The notes under the pieces were generated by a model, which saw nothing but the letters and a program-made list of their open reading frames with translations, had not been told where the DNA came from and did no database searches. Positions 11,160-20,133 of a DNA stretch of 64,000 bases are shown in pieces; the first letter of the stretch is position 1; each line of letters opens with the position of its first letter. The position numbers were made by a program, and so were the translations under genes. The stretch is from an uncultured Gemmatimonadales bacterium (GTDB lineage Bacteria > Gemmatimonadota > Gemmatimonadetes > Gemmatimonadales > Gemmatimonadaceae): positions 3,008,001 to 3,072,000 of the forward strand of contig CAWKMU010000003.1 in assembly GCA_963850905.1 (NCBI GenBank), given 5' to 3'.

Positions 11160-11555
11160 GTGCGGCTTGTCGCAGCGATCGGCGTTGGCAGTGCAATCGG
11201 CGGTATCGTGCGGTTTTTGCTTGGAAGCGCGATCCAGCAGCGCGCTGGCGCGGACTTCCCCCTTGGTACGTTCATCATCAACGTGACGGGCAGCCTCTTG
11301 GTCGGGTTCCTCGTGCGCTACGCGCTGGGAACTCCGGCGATCAGTGCAGAGCTCCGGGCGATGTTGACGACGGGTTTTTGCGGTGGCTACACGACCTTCT
11401 CGACGTTCAGCTACGAGACCGCCACCCTCCTCGAGGACGGTGATCATCTTCGAGCCGCACTGTATGTCGTCTCGAGTGTGGTCGCCGGCCTCCTGGCGGT
11501 CTTCCTCGGATTCGCGGCAGCGCACGCGCTGCTCGGGTTTCAGGAACGAGCCTGA
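11160..11555 (+). CDS. crcB: Fluoride channel Fluc/CrcB
   Basis: GFCGGYTTFSTF signature, FPLGTFIINVTG, four TM segments, GGAGG RBS. Confidence 0.95.
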   Translation: MRLVAAIGVGSAIGGIVRFLLGSAIQQRAGADFPLGTFIINVTGSLLVGFLVRYALGTPAISAELRAMLTTGFCGGYTTFSTFSYETATLLEDGDHLRAALYVVSSVVAGLLAVFLGFAAAHALLGFQERA

Positions 11556-11562
11556 TCGGAGA

Positions 11563-12807
11563 TCATGATTCGTGGGAGAGGGCTCGGGGTAGCCAAAGGG
11601 TAAAGACCGAGCCAGCGCCGAGCGTGCTATCGACCGTGATGTCTCCCCCCATGAGGCGCGCCAGCCGACGGCTGATGGTCAAGCCAAGCCCGGTGCCGGC
11701 CGCCCGAGCCGCCAGGCTTGACGTGCCTTGTGTGAATGGCTCGAACACGAGGTCCAGCTGGTCGGGATGGATGCCGACACCGGTGTCGGCGACACGCACA
11801 CACACCCAGCGGTTGGTGTTCCCGACGCCGCTCGCGCCGCGCCTGGGTGGACCGTCCCCTGAGACGGCAGCACAGTCCACGACAATGCGTCCGCCTGGGT
11901 TGGTGAACTTGATGGCGTTCGACAGCAGGTTGACGACGATCTGCCGAACCCGTCGGGCGTCGCCCACGTACCAGATATCCTCCGCGGCCGGGCAGCTGCA
12001 GTCCAGGAACAGTTGGCGCACGTCTGCCATCGGCCGGACGACCGTGCAGGACTCGCCGGCGACCTGCGCCAGCGCCTCGGCCTCGCAGGCCACGGTGATG
12101 CGTTGCGCCTCGACCTTCGCGAGATCCAGGAGGTCGCTGACCAGGCCGCTCAGGTGGCGGCTCGACACCGTGATGCGCTTCACGTGCTGCTGCTGGCGAG
12201 GGGTCAGCGGGCCGTCGATCCCCTCCTGGAGCAGCTCCGCATAGCCCAATACGGCGTTGATCGGCGTACGGATCTCATGGCTCATGGCGGCCAGGAACTG
12301 CGACTTGGCGGCGTTTGCGCGTTCAGCTTCGGCGCGCGCTTGATCGGCCTCGGTGCGCGCACGCTCGGCGTCCGCTGTCACGCGCCAGAGCTCTTCATTC
12401 GCGCGTGCCAGCTCGCTGGCATGGTACGAGGCTGTGGCCGTGGCACGCTCGGCATGCTGACGCGCCGCCCGGAGCGACTTCGTCAAGGCGCTGGCGACAT
12501 ATGAGACGATGGCGAACGCCACGAGACAGAGGACGTCAGCCGGCCGCTCGAGTCGCAACGAATGGGTCGGTCGCAGGACGAAATACGTGACACCTACGAT
12601 GCCAATGGCGGTGGCGAGCAGCGCAGGGCCGAAGCCATAGTAGAGTGCGGTGAGCGCTACGGCTACGTAGAAAAACACGAATGGCGTGCGGTCGGCGTAG
12701 CGCACCGTTTCCAACGTCAAAACCAGGGCCGTTGCTGCAATGGCCGCGGCACCGGCGTACCGGACATCGGCCACGCGTCGCAGCATCATGGTCGTCGCGA
12801 GTCGCAT
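11563..12807 (-). CDS. Sensor histidine kinase with DUF4118-like membrane domain
   Basis: H-box SHEIRTP, N-box NLLSNAIKF, DTGVGI and GTGLGL; four N-terminal TM helices; no receiver domain or adjacent response regulator. Start uncertain. Confidence 0.9.
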   Translation of the reverse strand: MRLATTMMLRRVADVRYAGAAAIAATALVLTLETVRYADRTPFVFFYVAVALTALYYGFGPALLATAIGIVGVTYFVLRPTHSLRLERPADVLCLVAFAIVSYVASALTKSLRAARQHAERATATASYHASELARANEELWRVTADAERARTEADQARAEAERANAAKSQFLAAMSHEIRTPINAVLGYAELLQEGIDGPLTPRQQQHVKRITVSSRHLSGLVSDLLDLAKVEAQRITVACEAEALAQVAGESCTVVRPMADVRQLFLDCSCPAAEDIWYVGDARRVRQIVVNLLSNAIKFTNPGGRIVVDCAAVSGDGPPRRGASGVGNTNRWVCVRVADTGVGIHPDQLDLVFEPFTQGTSSLAARAAGTGLGLTISRRLARLMGGDITVDSTLGAGSVFTLWLPRALSHES

Positions 12808-13078
12808 ATCTGCTCGGGCTAAGAGTAGCACCACCTGGCGCGACGTCGCAGACTGCGGTGAGCCGCGCCATGCGGGTGATGCATGGTCCCCCATGGAATA
12901 TAGTGCCGGGCTCGGCTAGGGCCTCGGACTCGCGGGGTCGCGGGCCGGTGCCCGGCGGTGTGCGAGGTGGGTCCCGTTCGAGAGGTTGTCGCCAGACCCT
13001 CGGCCTGTGTGCGGCCCCAGCCGAGTCAGGAGCAATCGCGGCCAACGTCGGCTGGGTCGGCGCAAATGACCGACCACG

Positions 13079-13108
13079 GACCGGTAGGGGCGACGCTTCA
13101 CGTCGCCC
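13079..13108 (+). repeat. GTAG-family REP palindrome
   Basis: GACCGGTAG GGGCGACG cttca CGTCGCCC; related copies at 32144, 36556, 40840 and 62971. Confidence 0.75.
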
Positions 13109-13419
13109 ACTTCACACTGCGGCAATCCGAGATGGCAAGGGCGGGTGTCTGTATGAGCGGGAGGGCGGTCCGCAGTCCGGCCTCGAGTGCGTCGCGGAAA
13201 CCGGACCGGCCGGTCGTCCTCCCGAAACGATCATTCATCACCTGTAGATTGGGGACGGCACCAGGGTAGATTGGATCCAATAACTGGCGCGGCCGCTCAG
13301 CCTGATGGGATGCCGCGCGTCGAGACTGGTGGCGGGCACCGCGGCGCGGCCCCCCCATCGCCTCGACTTTTCGGCGCGGCAGGGCACGACCCGCTGTGCC
13401 ATCCATCCGAGGAGGTTCG

Positions 13420-14886
13420 ATGCGCGGAGTTCTGGCCGGTCTGGCTATCGTTGGCCTTGCGAGCACATTGGGAGCGCAGGATCCCGGCTCGGCGGTGAAG
13501 TCGGCCGACAAGAAAGTGGGCGGTAGTCCCAGCGTGGAGCTGCTGGCGCACGTCGTCACACATCCGGGGACGTGGAAGGCGGCCGACGTCGAGATGGAGC
13601 AGGATCCCGGTCGGCCGTATGTATACGTGTCCGGCTTCGTGAACTCCGACATGCAGATCTGGGACGTGCGCGATGAGCACCATCCCAAGAAGATTTACGA
13701 CTGGACGATCGAACACCCGGAGCTGCACAACGGCATCGGGGCAATGGACGGCAAGTACTTCAGGATTGGGAACCGCTACTACTACGCGCAGTCATACCAG
13801 TTTTTCCAAGGCAGCCCGGACGCCGACCTCGGGGCCGTCATCTTCGATGTGACGGGGCTGCCGGACACGAGCACCGTGAAGGTCGTCGCGCGGATTCGCT
13901 ACCCTGCGTCGCCGATGGGCTTCCACAACACGTTCGCGTACAAACACTCTGATGGACGCGTGCTCTACTTTGCCACGACGCAGCAGCCACAGGCCCTGAT
14001 CTACGATCTGAACAAAGTGGTCAGCGGCGCCGACTCGAGCACGTGGCTCATCGGCAAGGTGCCCAACCCGACGCCGTTCAAGCAGATCATGGGCGGCGGC
14101 TACCACGACTTTTACGTCGGGTACGATCCGGTCACGCACCAGGACAAGTTCTACGGCGCGGGGCTGGGTGGGTATTCGGTGTGGGATGTCTCGCACCCGG
14201 AGACGCCAAAGGAGATGTTCACGATCACGGGGCTGGGTTACGACGTCGCCCACACCTTCACCCCGTCGCCCGATGGTAGGTATGCGGTGACCGAGACAGA
14301 GTACCAGTACACACCCTTGCGCATTTGGGATCTGCGCGCTGCGCAAGACTCCGCCCAAAAGGGCAAGATCAGCAACATCGATTTGCCCATCAGCGGCTGG
14401 ACTGCAGACTGGCGCGATCTCTCGCACAACCACGAGGTTCGCTGGCCCTACGTCTTCGTTTCCGCGTACGAGGACGGTCTGCAGATCTTCGACCTCAGGA
14501 ACCCGTTGCAGCCGAAGACCGACGGCTACTACTACACCTGCGTGACCCCTGGGACAGTGCAGGTGGCGAGCATCGCCGGCCCGCCGAAGATGCCGGGAGT
14601 GACACCCTGCGTCCACCAGCATGGTTTTGGCGGTGGCCCGCAGAACGGTTGGCAGGCTACCAATAGCGTCGAACAGGGCGCGTTCGGCATCGATGTGCGC
14701 AACCGCGATGGTCTTATCGTCATCTCAGACATGCGCAGTGGACTCTGGCTCTTCCACTTGAAGGGCTTCACCGGGTGGAACGGACACACCTACGGCATGC
14801 CGAACATCTCCAGCGTGCAGGACTACGTGCACGGCCCGGAAGGCGCGCCTCCTCCGGCGACGACGGGAGCCAATCCGGGGCAGTGA
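13420..14886 (+). CDS. Secreted LVIVD-like beta-propeller protein (divergent member)
   Basis: GGAGG RBS and signal peptide; blade repeats (QIWDV, AVIFDV, SVWDVS, RIWDL, QIFDL); His motifs GFHNT, GYHDF, VAHTF and LSHNH. Confidence 0.75.
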   Translation: MRGVLAGLAIVGLASTLGAQDPGSAVKSADKKVGGSPSVELLAHVVTHPGTWKAADVEMEQDPGRPYVYVSGFVNSDMQIWDVRDEHHPKKIYDWTIEHPELHNGIGAMDGKYFRIGNRYYYAQSYQFFQGSPDADLGAVIFDVTGLPDTSTVKVVARIRYPASPMGFHNTFAYKHSDGRVLYFATTQQPQALIYDLNKVVSGADSSTWLIGKVPNPTPFKQIMGGGYHDFYVGYDPVTHQDKFYGAGLGGYSVWDVSHPETPKEMFTITGLGYDVAHTFTPSPDGRYAVTETEYQYTPLRIWDLRAAQDSAQKGKISNIDLPISGWTADWRDLSHNHEVRWPYVFVSAYEDGLQIFDLRNPLQPKTDGYYYTCVTPGTVQVASIAGPPKMPGVTPCVHQHGFGGGPQNGWQATNSVEQGAFGIDVRNRDGLIVISDMRSGLWLFHLKGFTGWNGHTYGMPNISSVQDYVHGPEGAPPPATTGANPGQ

Positions 14887-15437
14887 TGTCCCCTGTGGGC
14901 CTTCTCCGGAAGGTCGCGGAGGGGTTGCGTGCTCACGGCAATCCCTCCGCGATGCGGCGCGCACCACACGTTGTCGCAGTGCTCGCTGCCGGTAGTCTCG
15001 TGTCGTATGGGCCACGCCTTGGCCCATACGACATCATGCTCTTCTCGACCGCTTCGGCGCCGTCCGCGCAAGGGCGCGCGCGATTGGTCATTGCTGAATC
15101 GCCGTTCGGCATCGCCGTGACGCAGGACGGCCATGCACGCTATGACGTGCAGATCACGATGTCGAAGCTTCCGGCACCATCGACGCTGGGTGCCTACACG
15201 GCGTACGTGGCATGGACCACGACCCCGGACCTGAACCAGTGGGTTCGTCTAGGCGTCGTAACGAACGGAACGACGACCGTCGGGTCCGTCGACTTCAACA
15301 AGTTCATTCTCGTGATCGCGGCCGCCCGCGATTCGGCCTCGACGTTGCACGATGGCCCGACGGTCATGCACGGGACGTCGCCGAGTGGCTGGCTGCAACA
15401 GATGATGACGGCGCCTGTCTTCCACGGCGTCAACTAA
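14886..15437 (+). CDS. Hypothetical exported protein, multicopper oxidase-associated (paralog of 59464-60090)
   Basis: TGATG overlap with the upstream gene; SPFGIAVTQDGH and YVAWTTTPDL motifs shared with the paralog. Confidence 0.7.
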   Translation: MSPVGLLRKVAEGLRAHGNPSAMRRAPHVVAVLAAGSLVSYGPRLGPYDIMLFSTASAPSAQGRARLVIAESPFGIAVTQDGHARYDVQITMSKLPAPSTLGAYTAYVAWTTTPDLNQWVRLGVVTNGTTTVGSVDFNKFILVIAAARDSASTLHDGPTVMHGTSPSGWLQQMMTAPVFHGVN

Positions 15438-17230
15438 TGAGAACACTGCGCCTGGCGCTGCTCGCGGGCGCAGTAAGCGGGGTGGCCGCCAGCGCTTCCG
15501 CGCAGCAAGCCGCACGAAGCCCGTCGAGCCCGCCCAGTCAAACGCCGGGCACGGCGGGGATGTCGGGGATGTCCGCCGACACGAGCCGGCATGCCGCGCA
15601 GCCACCCGCGCCGATGTCGATGCCCATGATGGGCAGCAGCCAAATGGCGATGCCGATTCCAATGCCGCCCGGCATGCCAATGATTCCCGGACTCGTGGGC
15701 CTGACGCCGCCCGTCACGGCATTCTTGCCGGGTGCCGGACTCGATCCGACGCGGCTCGCCGCGGCGAAGCCTACGGCGGTCGTCCGGCTCAAAGACGGCG
15801 ACACGTTGGACCTGACAGCAACCTTCGTCCGCCGCACGGTCCAAGGACGCGCGTTCGTGATGTATGGCTTCAATGGCGAGGTCCCGGGTCCGCTCATTCG
15901 CGTGCCCCAGAACGCCACCGTGGTCGTTCGGTACCACAACCAGATCGACATGCCGAGCAGCGTGCACTGGCATGGTATTCGGCTCGACAACCGCAACGAT
16001 GGCGTGCCCGGAGTGACGCAAGAAGCCGTGGCGCCCGGAGCGAGCTTCGTGTACCGGGTACATTTCCCCGATGCCGGGATCTACTGGTACCACCCGCACG
16101 TCCGCGAGGACATTCAGCAGGCGATGGGGCTGTTCGGCAACGTGCTCGTCGATGCGCCGGATCCGGACTACTACTCGCCCGCCAATCAGGAGCAGACGCT
16201 CGTCCTCGACGACCTGTTGATACACGCCGACTCGCTCATCCCATTTGGCAAGGAAGGGCCGGACTACGCCTTGATGGGGCGCGTCGGCAACGTCCTCTTT
16301 GCGAACGGGCAAACGCGGGACACGGTGCGCGCACACGCTGGCGACGTCGTCCGATTCTACATGACCAACGTCGCCAGCTCGCGTACCTTCAACATCTCAT
16401 TCGTCACCGCGCCGATGAAGGTGTTGGCGTCGGACGTGAGCCGCTACGAACATGAGGTGCGCGTCCCGAGCGTCGTCCTCGCCCCCGCCGAGCGGTATGT
16501 GGCCGAAGTGCGCTTCGAGCACCCGGGCCAGTACGTCATGGTCAACTCGGTCCAGGCGATCAACCATTTCAAGGGGGAGTTCGAACCCGAGATCGACACC
16601 TTGGGTGTGGTCGTGGTCGACTCTGCGGCCGCGGCGCCGGACTATGCGTCGCAGTTCGCGACCCTTCGCACCAACGACGCGGTCGTGCATGACATTGACC
16701 GCTACCGCGCGTATTTCGCCAAGCCTCCCGACAAGCGATTCACGCTGACGGTTGCCGTGACTGCCCTTCCGCTTGCGACGGTGCAGTTCATGGATATCGA
16801 TACCGCGTATTACGCGCCGGTCGAGTGGATCGACGGCATGCCCGACATGAACTGGCTGTCCACGAGCAAGCAGGTGCGGTGGATCATCCGCGACGACTCC
16901 ACCGGCAAGGAAAACATGGATATCGACTGGCACGTGCCACAGGGGTCAGTCGTGAAGGTGCGGATCTTCAACGACAATACGTCGTTCCACCCCATGCAAC
17001 ACCCGATGCACCTGCACGGGCAACGCATGCTCGTGCTCGCGCGGGACGGCGTGCCGATACACGACCTGGTGTGGAAGGACACCGTGATCATTCCCGTCGG
17101 CGCGACGGTGGATCTTCTCGTCGACGCCTCCAATCCCGGCGCGTGGATGATGCACTGCCATATCGCGGAACATTTGGGATCGGGCATGATGGCAGTGATG
17201 CATGTCGATCCGGGGAAGGGTGCCTCGTAG
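15437..17230 (+). CDS. Multicopper oxidase (CueO/CopA-like, Met-rich)
   Basis: HWHG, WYHPH, HPMHLHG and HCHIAEHLGSGMM copper motifs; signal peptide; Met-rich N-terminus; TAATG overlap. Confidence 0.95.
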   Translation: MRTLRLALLAGAVSGVAASASAQQAARSPSSPPSQTPGTAGMSGMSADTSRHAAQPPAPMSMPMMGSSQMAMPIPMPPGMPMIPGLVGLTPPVTAFLPGAGLDPTRLAAAKPTAVVRLKDGDTLDLTATFVRRTVQGRAFVMYGFNGEVPGPLIRVPQNATVVVRYHNQIDMPSSVHWHGIRLDNRNDGVPGVTQEAVAPGASFVYRVHFPDAGIYWYHPHVREDIQQAMGLFGNVLVDAPDPDYYSPANQEQTLVLDDLLIHADSLIPFGKEGPDYALMGRVGNVLFANGQTRDTVRAHAGDVVRFYMTNVASSRTFNISFVTAPMKVLASDVSRYEHEVRVPSVVLAPAERYVAEVRFEHPGQYVMVNSVQAINHFKGEFEPEIDTLGVVVVDSAAAAPDYASQFATLRTNDAVVHDIDRYRAYFAKPPDKRFTLTVAVTALPLATVQFMDIDTAYYAPVEWIDGMPDMNWLSTSKQVRWIIRDDSTGKENMDIDWHVPQGSVVKVRIFNDNTSFHPMQHPMHLHGQRMLVLARDGVPIHDLVWKDTVIIPVGATVDLLVDASNPGAWMMHCHIAEHLGSGMMAVMHVDPGKGAS

Positions 17231-17256
17231 GCCGCCGACGCGTGGGAGACTGAACG

Positions 17257-17378
17257 GCGGGTCTGGGGTCTGGGGTTTGGTGTCTGGGGTACCGGCAAAC
17301 ACGAAGGCCTGTGGCGTGGTCCGTCACCGGCCCTCGCATTGTTCACCGGAGACCCCAAACCCCAACCCCCAAACCCGC
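17257..17378. repeat. Heptamer-arm (GGGGTCT/GGGGTTT) inverted repeat, probable bidirectional terminator
   Basis: gggtctggggtctggggtttgg...ccccaaaccccaacccccaaacccgc between convergent genes. Confidence 0.65.
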
Positions 17379-17386
17379 TTTTCCCA

Positions 17387-18931
17387 TCACCGCCCCGTCT
17401 GGATGTTCACCACGTGCGTCCCGCCGGCCTGCGGCGAGAATACCAGGAGACTGACCACACCATTGGTCGCATGGTCGATCGCCCCGCGGAGGTCCTCGAT
17501 TGAGCGCAATGGCCTGTCCGATCCCGGGCCGAGCGCGGCTTCGATGATGTCCCCCGGTGCCAACCCGGCCGTCGCTGCCGGTCCCGTGGGGTCGACCTGG
17601 CGGACGATGAGGCCTGTCGTCCCGTTAGGTAGCTGCAGCTGATTTGCGAGCTCCGGCGTCATGGGGATGACCGCGATGCCGAGATGCGTGGCGCCAGAGT
17701 TCGAGCCCCCACCGTTGCTCGCCGTCTGCTGGTCCTTGGGTGGCTCGCCCAGGGTCACCTGTGCGCTTCGTTGCTGCCCGTAGCGGTGGAGCTCGAGTGT
17801 GACCGTTGCGCCCGGCTGGAAACCGAAGATCATGCGCTGCAGCGAAGACACTTGGTCGATGCTCTTGCCGTCGACCGCGGTAATGATGTCGCCGGGATGA
17901 ACGCCTGCCTTCGCGGCGGGCCCGCCTGATGAGACCCCGCCGACCAGAACGCCCTGGATTTCCTTGAGGCCGGCCGCACGTGCGTCAGCTGGCGTGACGT
18001 CCTGGACCGTGATACCCAGGATCGCGTGCCGAACCCGGCCATACTTTCTCAGGTCCTCCATCACAATGCGCGCGATGCTGATGGGAACGGCAAACCCATA
18101 GCCTGCGAAGCTGCCGGTCGGGCTCGCAATCGCCGAGTTGATGCCAATGACCCGACCATTCATGTCGACGAGCGGTCCGCCGGAATTGCCGGGATTGATG
18201 ACGGCATCGGTCTGAATGAAATCGACGATTGCGTATCGGTCGTTGAACAGCCCCCGCAGTTCGCGATTGCGGCCCTTGGCGCTGACAATGCCTGAGGTCA
18301 CGGTGAAGTTGAGACCCAGCGGGTTGCCGACGGCCATGACCGCGTCTCCCACCTGAGTCGTGCTGTCATCGCCGAGCGGCAGGGTGGGGAGGCCCGTCGC
18401 GTCGATCTTGATGAGGGCGATGTCCGTCGCGGGATCGTGGCCGATCACCTTGGCCGTAAAGATCCGCCGATCGGGCAGCCCAACGGTCAGTCGCTCCGAG
18501 CCCTCGACGACGTGATTGTTTGTGAGGATGTAGCCATCGCTCGACACAATGAATCCAGTCCCGAGGGCGCCCCGAGGCCCTTGATCCTGCGGCGGTCCGA
18601 GTCCCGGCGGCAAGAACCCCGGTGGAAGGCCAGGAGGGGCCTCTCCCTCGCTGCTCGCCACCTGATTGCTGTCAGGACCGATCAGCGATTGAATGGCGAC
18701 CACCGCTGGGGTGACCTGCCTGGCCAACGGGGCTAGGCTCGCGACCCCGCCGGGCGCACCGGGCGTCTCGGCGCTGGCGGCGTGTGGCGCGAGCGATTCG
18801 GCGACTTCGCCGGCCGCCGTGGCCAGGTGATTGGGTGAAGAATGGGAGTCGCCACAGGCCACGAGCGCGCTGGCGGCGAGAAGGGAAAAGAGCGGCGTAA
18901 CACCGTACACCCTGATGGCTGGCGAGCGCAT
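17387..18931 (-). CDS. Do/DegQ (HtrA) family serine endopeptidase with two PDZ domains
   Basis: TNNHVV, DIALIK and QTDAVINPGNSGGPL; two PDZ domains; lipobox LVAC; GGAGG RBS. Confidence 0.95.
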   Translation of the reverse strand: MRSPAIRVYGVTPLFSLLAASALVACGDSHSSPNHLATAAGEVAESLAPHAASAETPGAPGGVASLAPLARQVTPAVVAIQSLIGPDSNQVASSEGEAPPGLPPGFLPPGLGPPQDQGPRGALGTGFIVSSDGYILTNNHVVEGSERLTVGLPDRRIFTAKVIGHDPATDIALIKIDATGLPTLPLGDDSTTQVGDAVMAVGNPLGLNFTVTSGIVSAKGRNRELRGLFNDRYAIVDFIQTDAVINPGNSGGPLVDMNGRVIGINSAIASPTGSFAGYGFAVPISIARIVMEDLRKYGRVRHAILGITVQDVTPADARAAGLKEIQGVLVGGVSSGGPAAKAGVHPGDIITAVDGKSIDQVSSLQRMIFGFQPGATVTLELHRYGQQRSAQVTLGEPPKDQQTASNGGGSNSGATHLGIAVIPMTPELANQLQLPNGTTGLIVRQVDPTGPAATAGLAPGDIIEAALGPGSDRPLRSIEDLRGAIDHATNGVVSLLVFSPQAGGTHVVNIQTGR

Positions 18932-19360
18932 TGGACCTCCGACAGGAGCGTCTCGATAGCCGCGCATACGGCAAGAGTCGGACGATGAGGGCGGAGCGCC
19001 GCGGAGCCGCCAGGCAATCCCCTGGCCGCGTCGAAGGGACTGCCCGGAGGGGGAGTCCGTCCGAGCGTGCTCAGCAATTTGCCGGTCCAGAGCGTAACGT
19101 TTGGTGTCGCGCTCGCGTACAGGTTGAAGCAAACGCTGTCCGGAAGCGCAATGTCGAAGCCAGGACGATCTCAGCACGAGTGCATCGACGGCTGCCAGTC
19201 CCGTCACGGGTGTCTAATCCGTTGCCTGGACATGTTTTCCCATGTACGGACTCGGTCCCCCCCGCTTACCACGTCTGTGTACGATCGTTACTATTTTTTC
19301 CACGGAGAGCATCTCACGGGGCCGCTTGTTTTGGCGCGCCCTCACCGGACAATTGGTGCC

Positions 19361-20077
19361 ATGACACAATCATTGATTCGCGGGGCCGCTGCAGCCCTGC
19401 TCACAGGATCCCTGGCCGCGTGCGCCGGCCATCAGCAGCAGACCGTACAGACGGCCCCGCAGCCGTCGTCATCAGCCGCCGCCCAGAGCGAAGCCGCCGC
19501 AATGGCTCAGGCTCGCAAGGACAGCGTCAACCGGCCGTATACGAAGGCCGATATCGATTTCATGACGGGCATGATCGCACACCACGGCCAGGCGATCACG
19601 ATGGCCAAATGGGCGCCCACACATGGGGCGAGCCCATCGATCCAGACGCTCTGCGCGCGAATCATCAACGCCCAGAACGACGAGATTCATCTCATGCAGG
19701 CGTGGCTGCGTGACCGAGGCGCAACGATCCCGCAGCCCGACCCTGATGGCATGTCGGTTTCAATGAATGGCATGCACATGCCGATGATGATGGCCGGAAT
19801 GCTGACTGCGGAGCAGATGAAGCAGTTGGATGCGGCGCGTGGGCCGGACTTCGACCGGCTGTTCCTGACAGGCATGATCCAGCACCATGAGGGCGCCGTC
19901 AGCATGGTGCACGACTTGTTCGAGACGTACGGCGCCGGCGAAGACGAGCTGATTTTCAAGTTGGCTTCGGACATCAACATCGATCAGACCACCGAGATCG
20001 CGCGCATGCAGCGCATGCTGTTCATGATGTCGGTTGCTGGCCCCGCCCAGGGCGCCGCAGGCCGATCGTCGCAATGA
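19361..20077 (+). CDS. DUF305 domain lipoprotein (ferritin-like, CopM-related)
   Basis: Two repeats FMTGMIAHHGQA and FLTGMIQHHEGA; Met-rich linker MSVSMNGMHMPMMMAGM; lipobox LAAC. Confidence 0.9.
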   Translation: MTQSLIRGAAAALLTGSLAACAGHQQQTVQTAPQPSSSAAAQSEAAAMAQARKDSVNRPYTKADIDFMTGMIAHHGQAITMAKWAPTHGASPSIQTLCARIINAQNDEIHLMQAWLRDRGATIPQPDPDGMSVSMNGMHMPMMMAGMLTAEQMKQLDAARGPDFDRLFLTGMIQHHEGAVSMVHDLFETYGAGEDELIFKLASDINIDQTTEIARMQRMLFMMSVAGPAQGAAGRSSQ

Positions 20078-20133
20078 GTCACGTACGCCAGACGTCCGCC
20101 CCGCTCCACACCCCCCCTCAAAAGGATTCAACC

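Noticed and set aside
12900..13400. Small ORFs in the histidine kinase-LVIVD intergenic region
   Set aside because: No RBS or motif support; the ORFs run through a REP element.
19094..19119. ECF-type promoter GTAAC-N17-CGTA upstream of DUF305
   Set aside because: Short motif with a single instance and no ECF gene in the window; it cannot be distinguished from chance.
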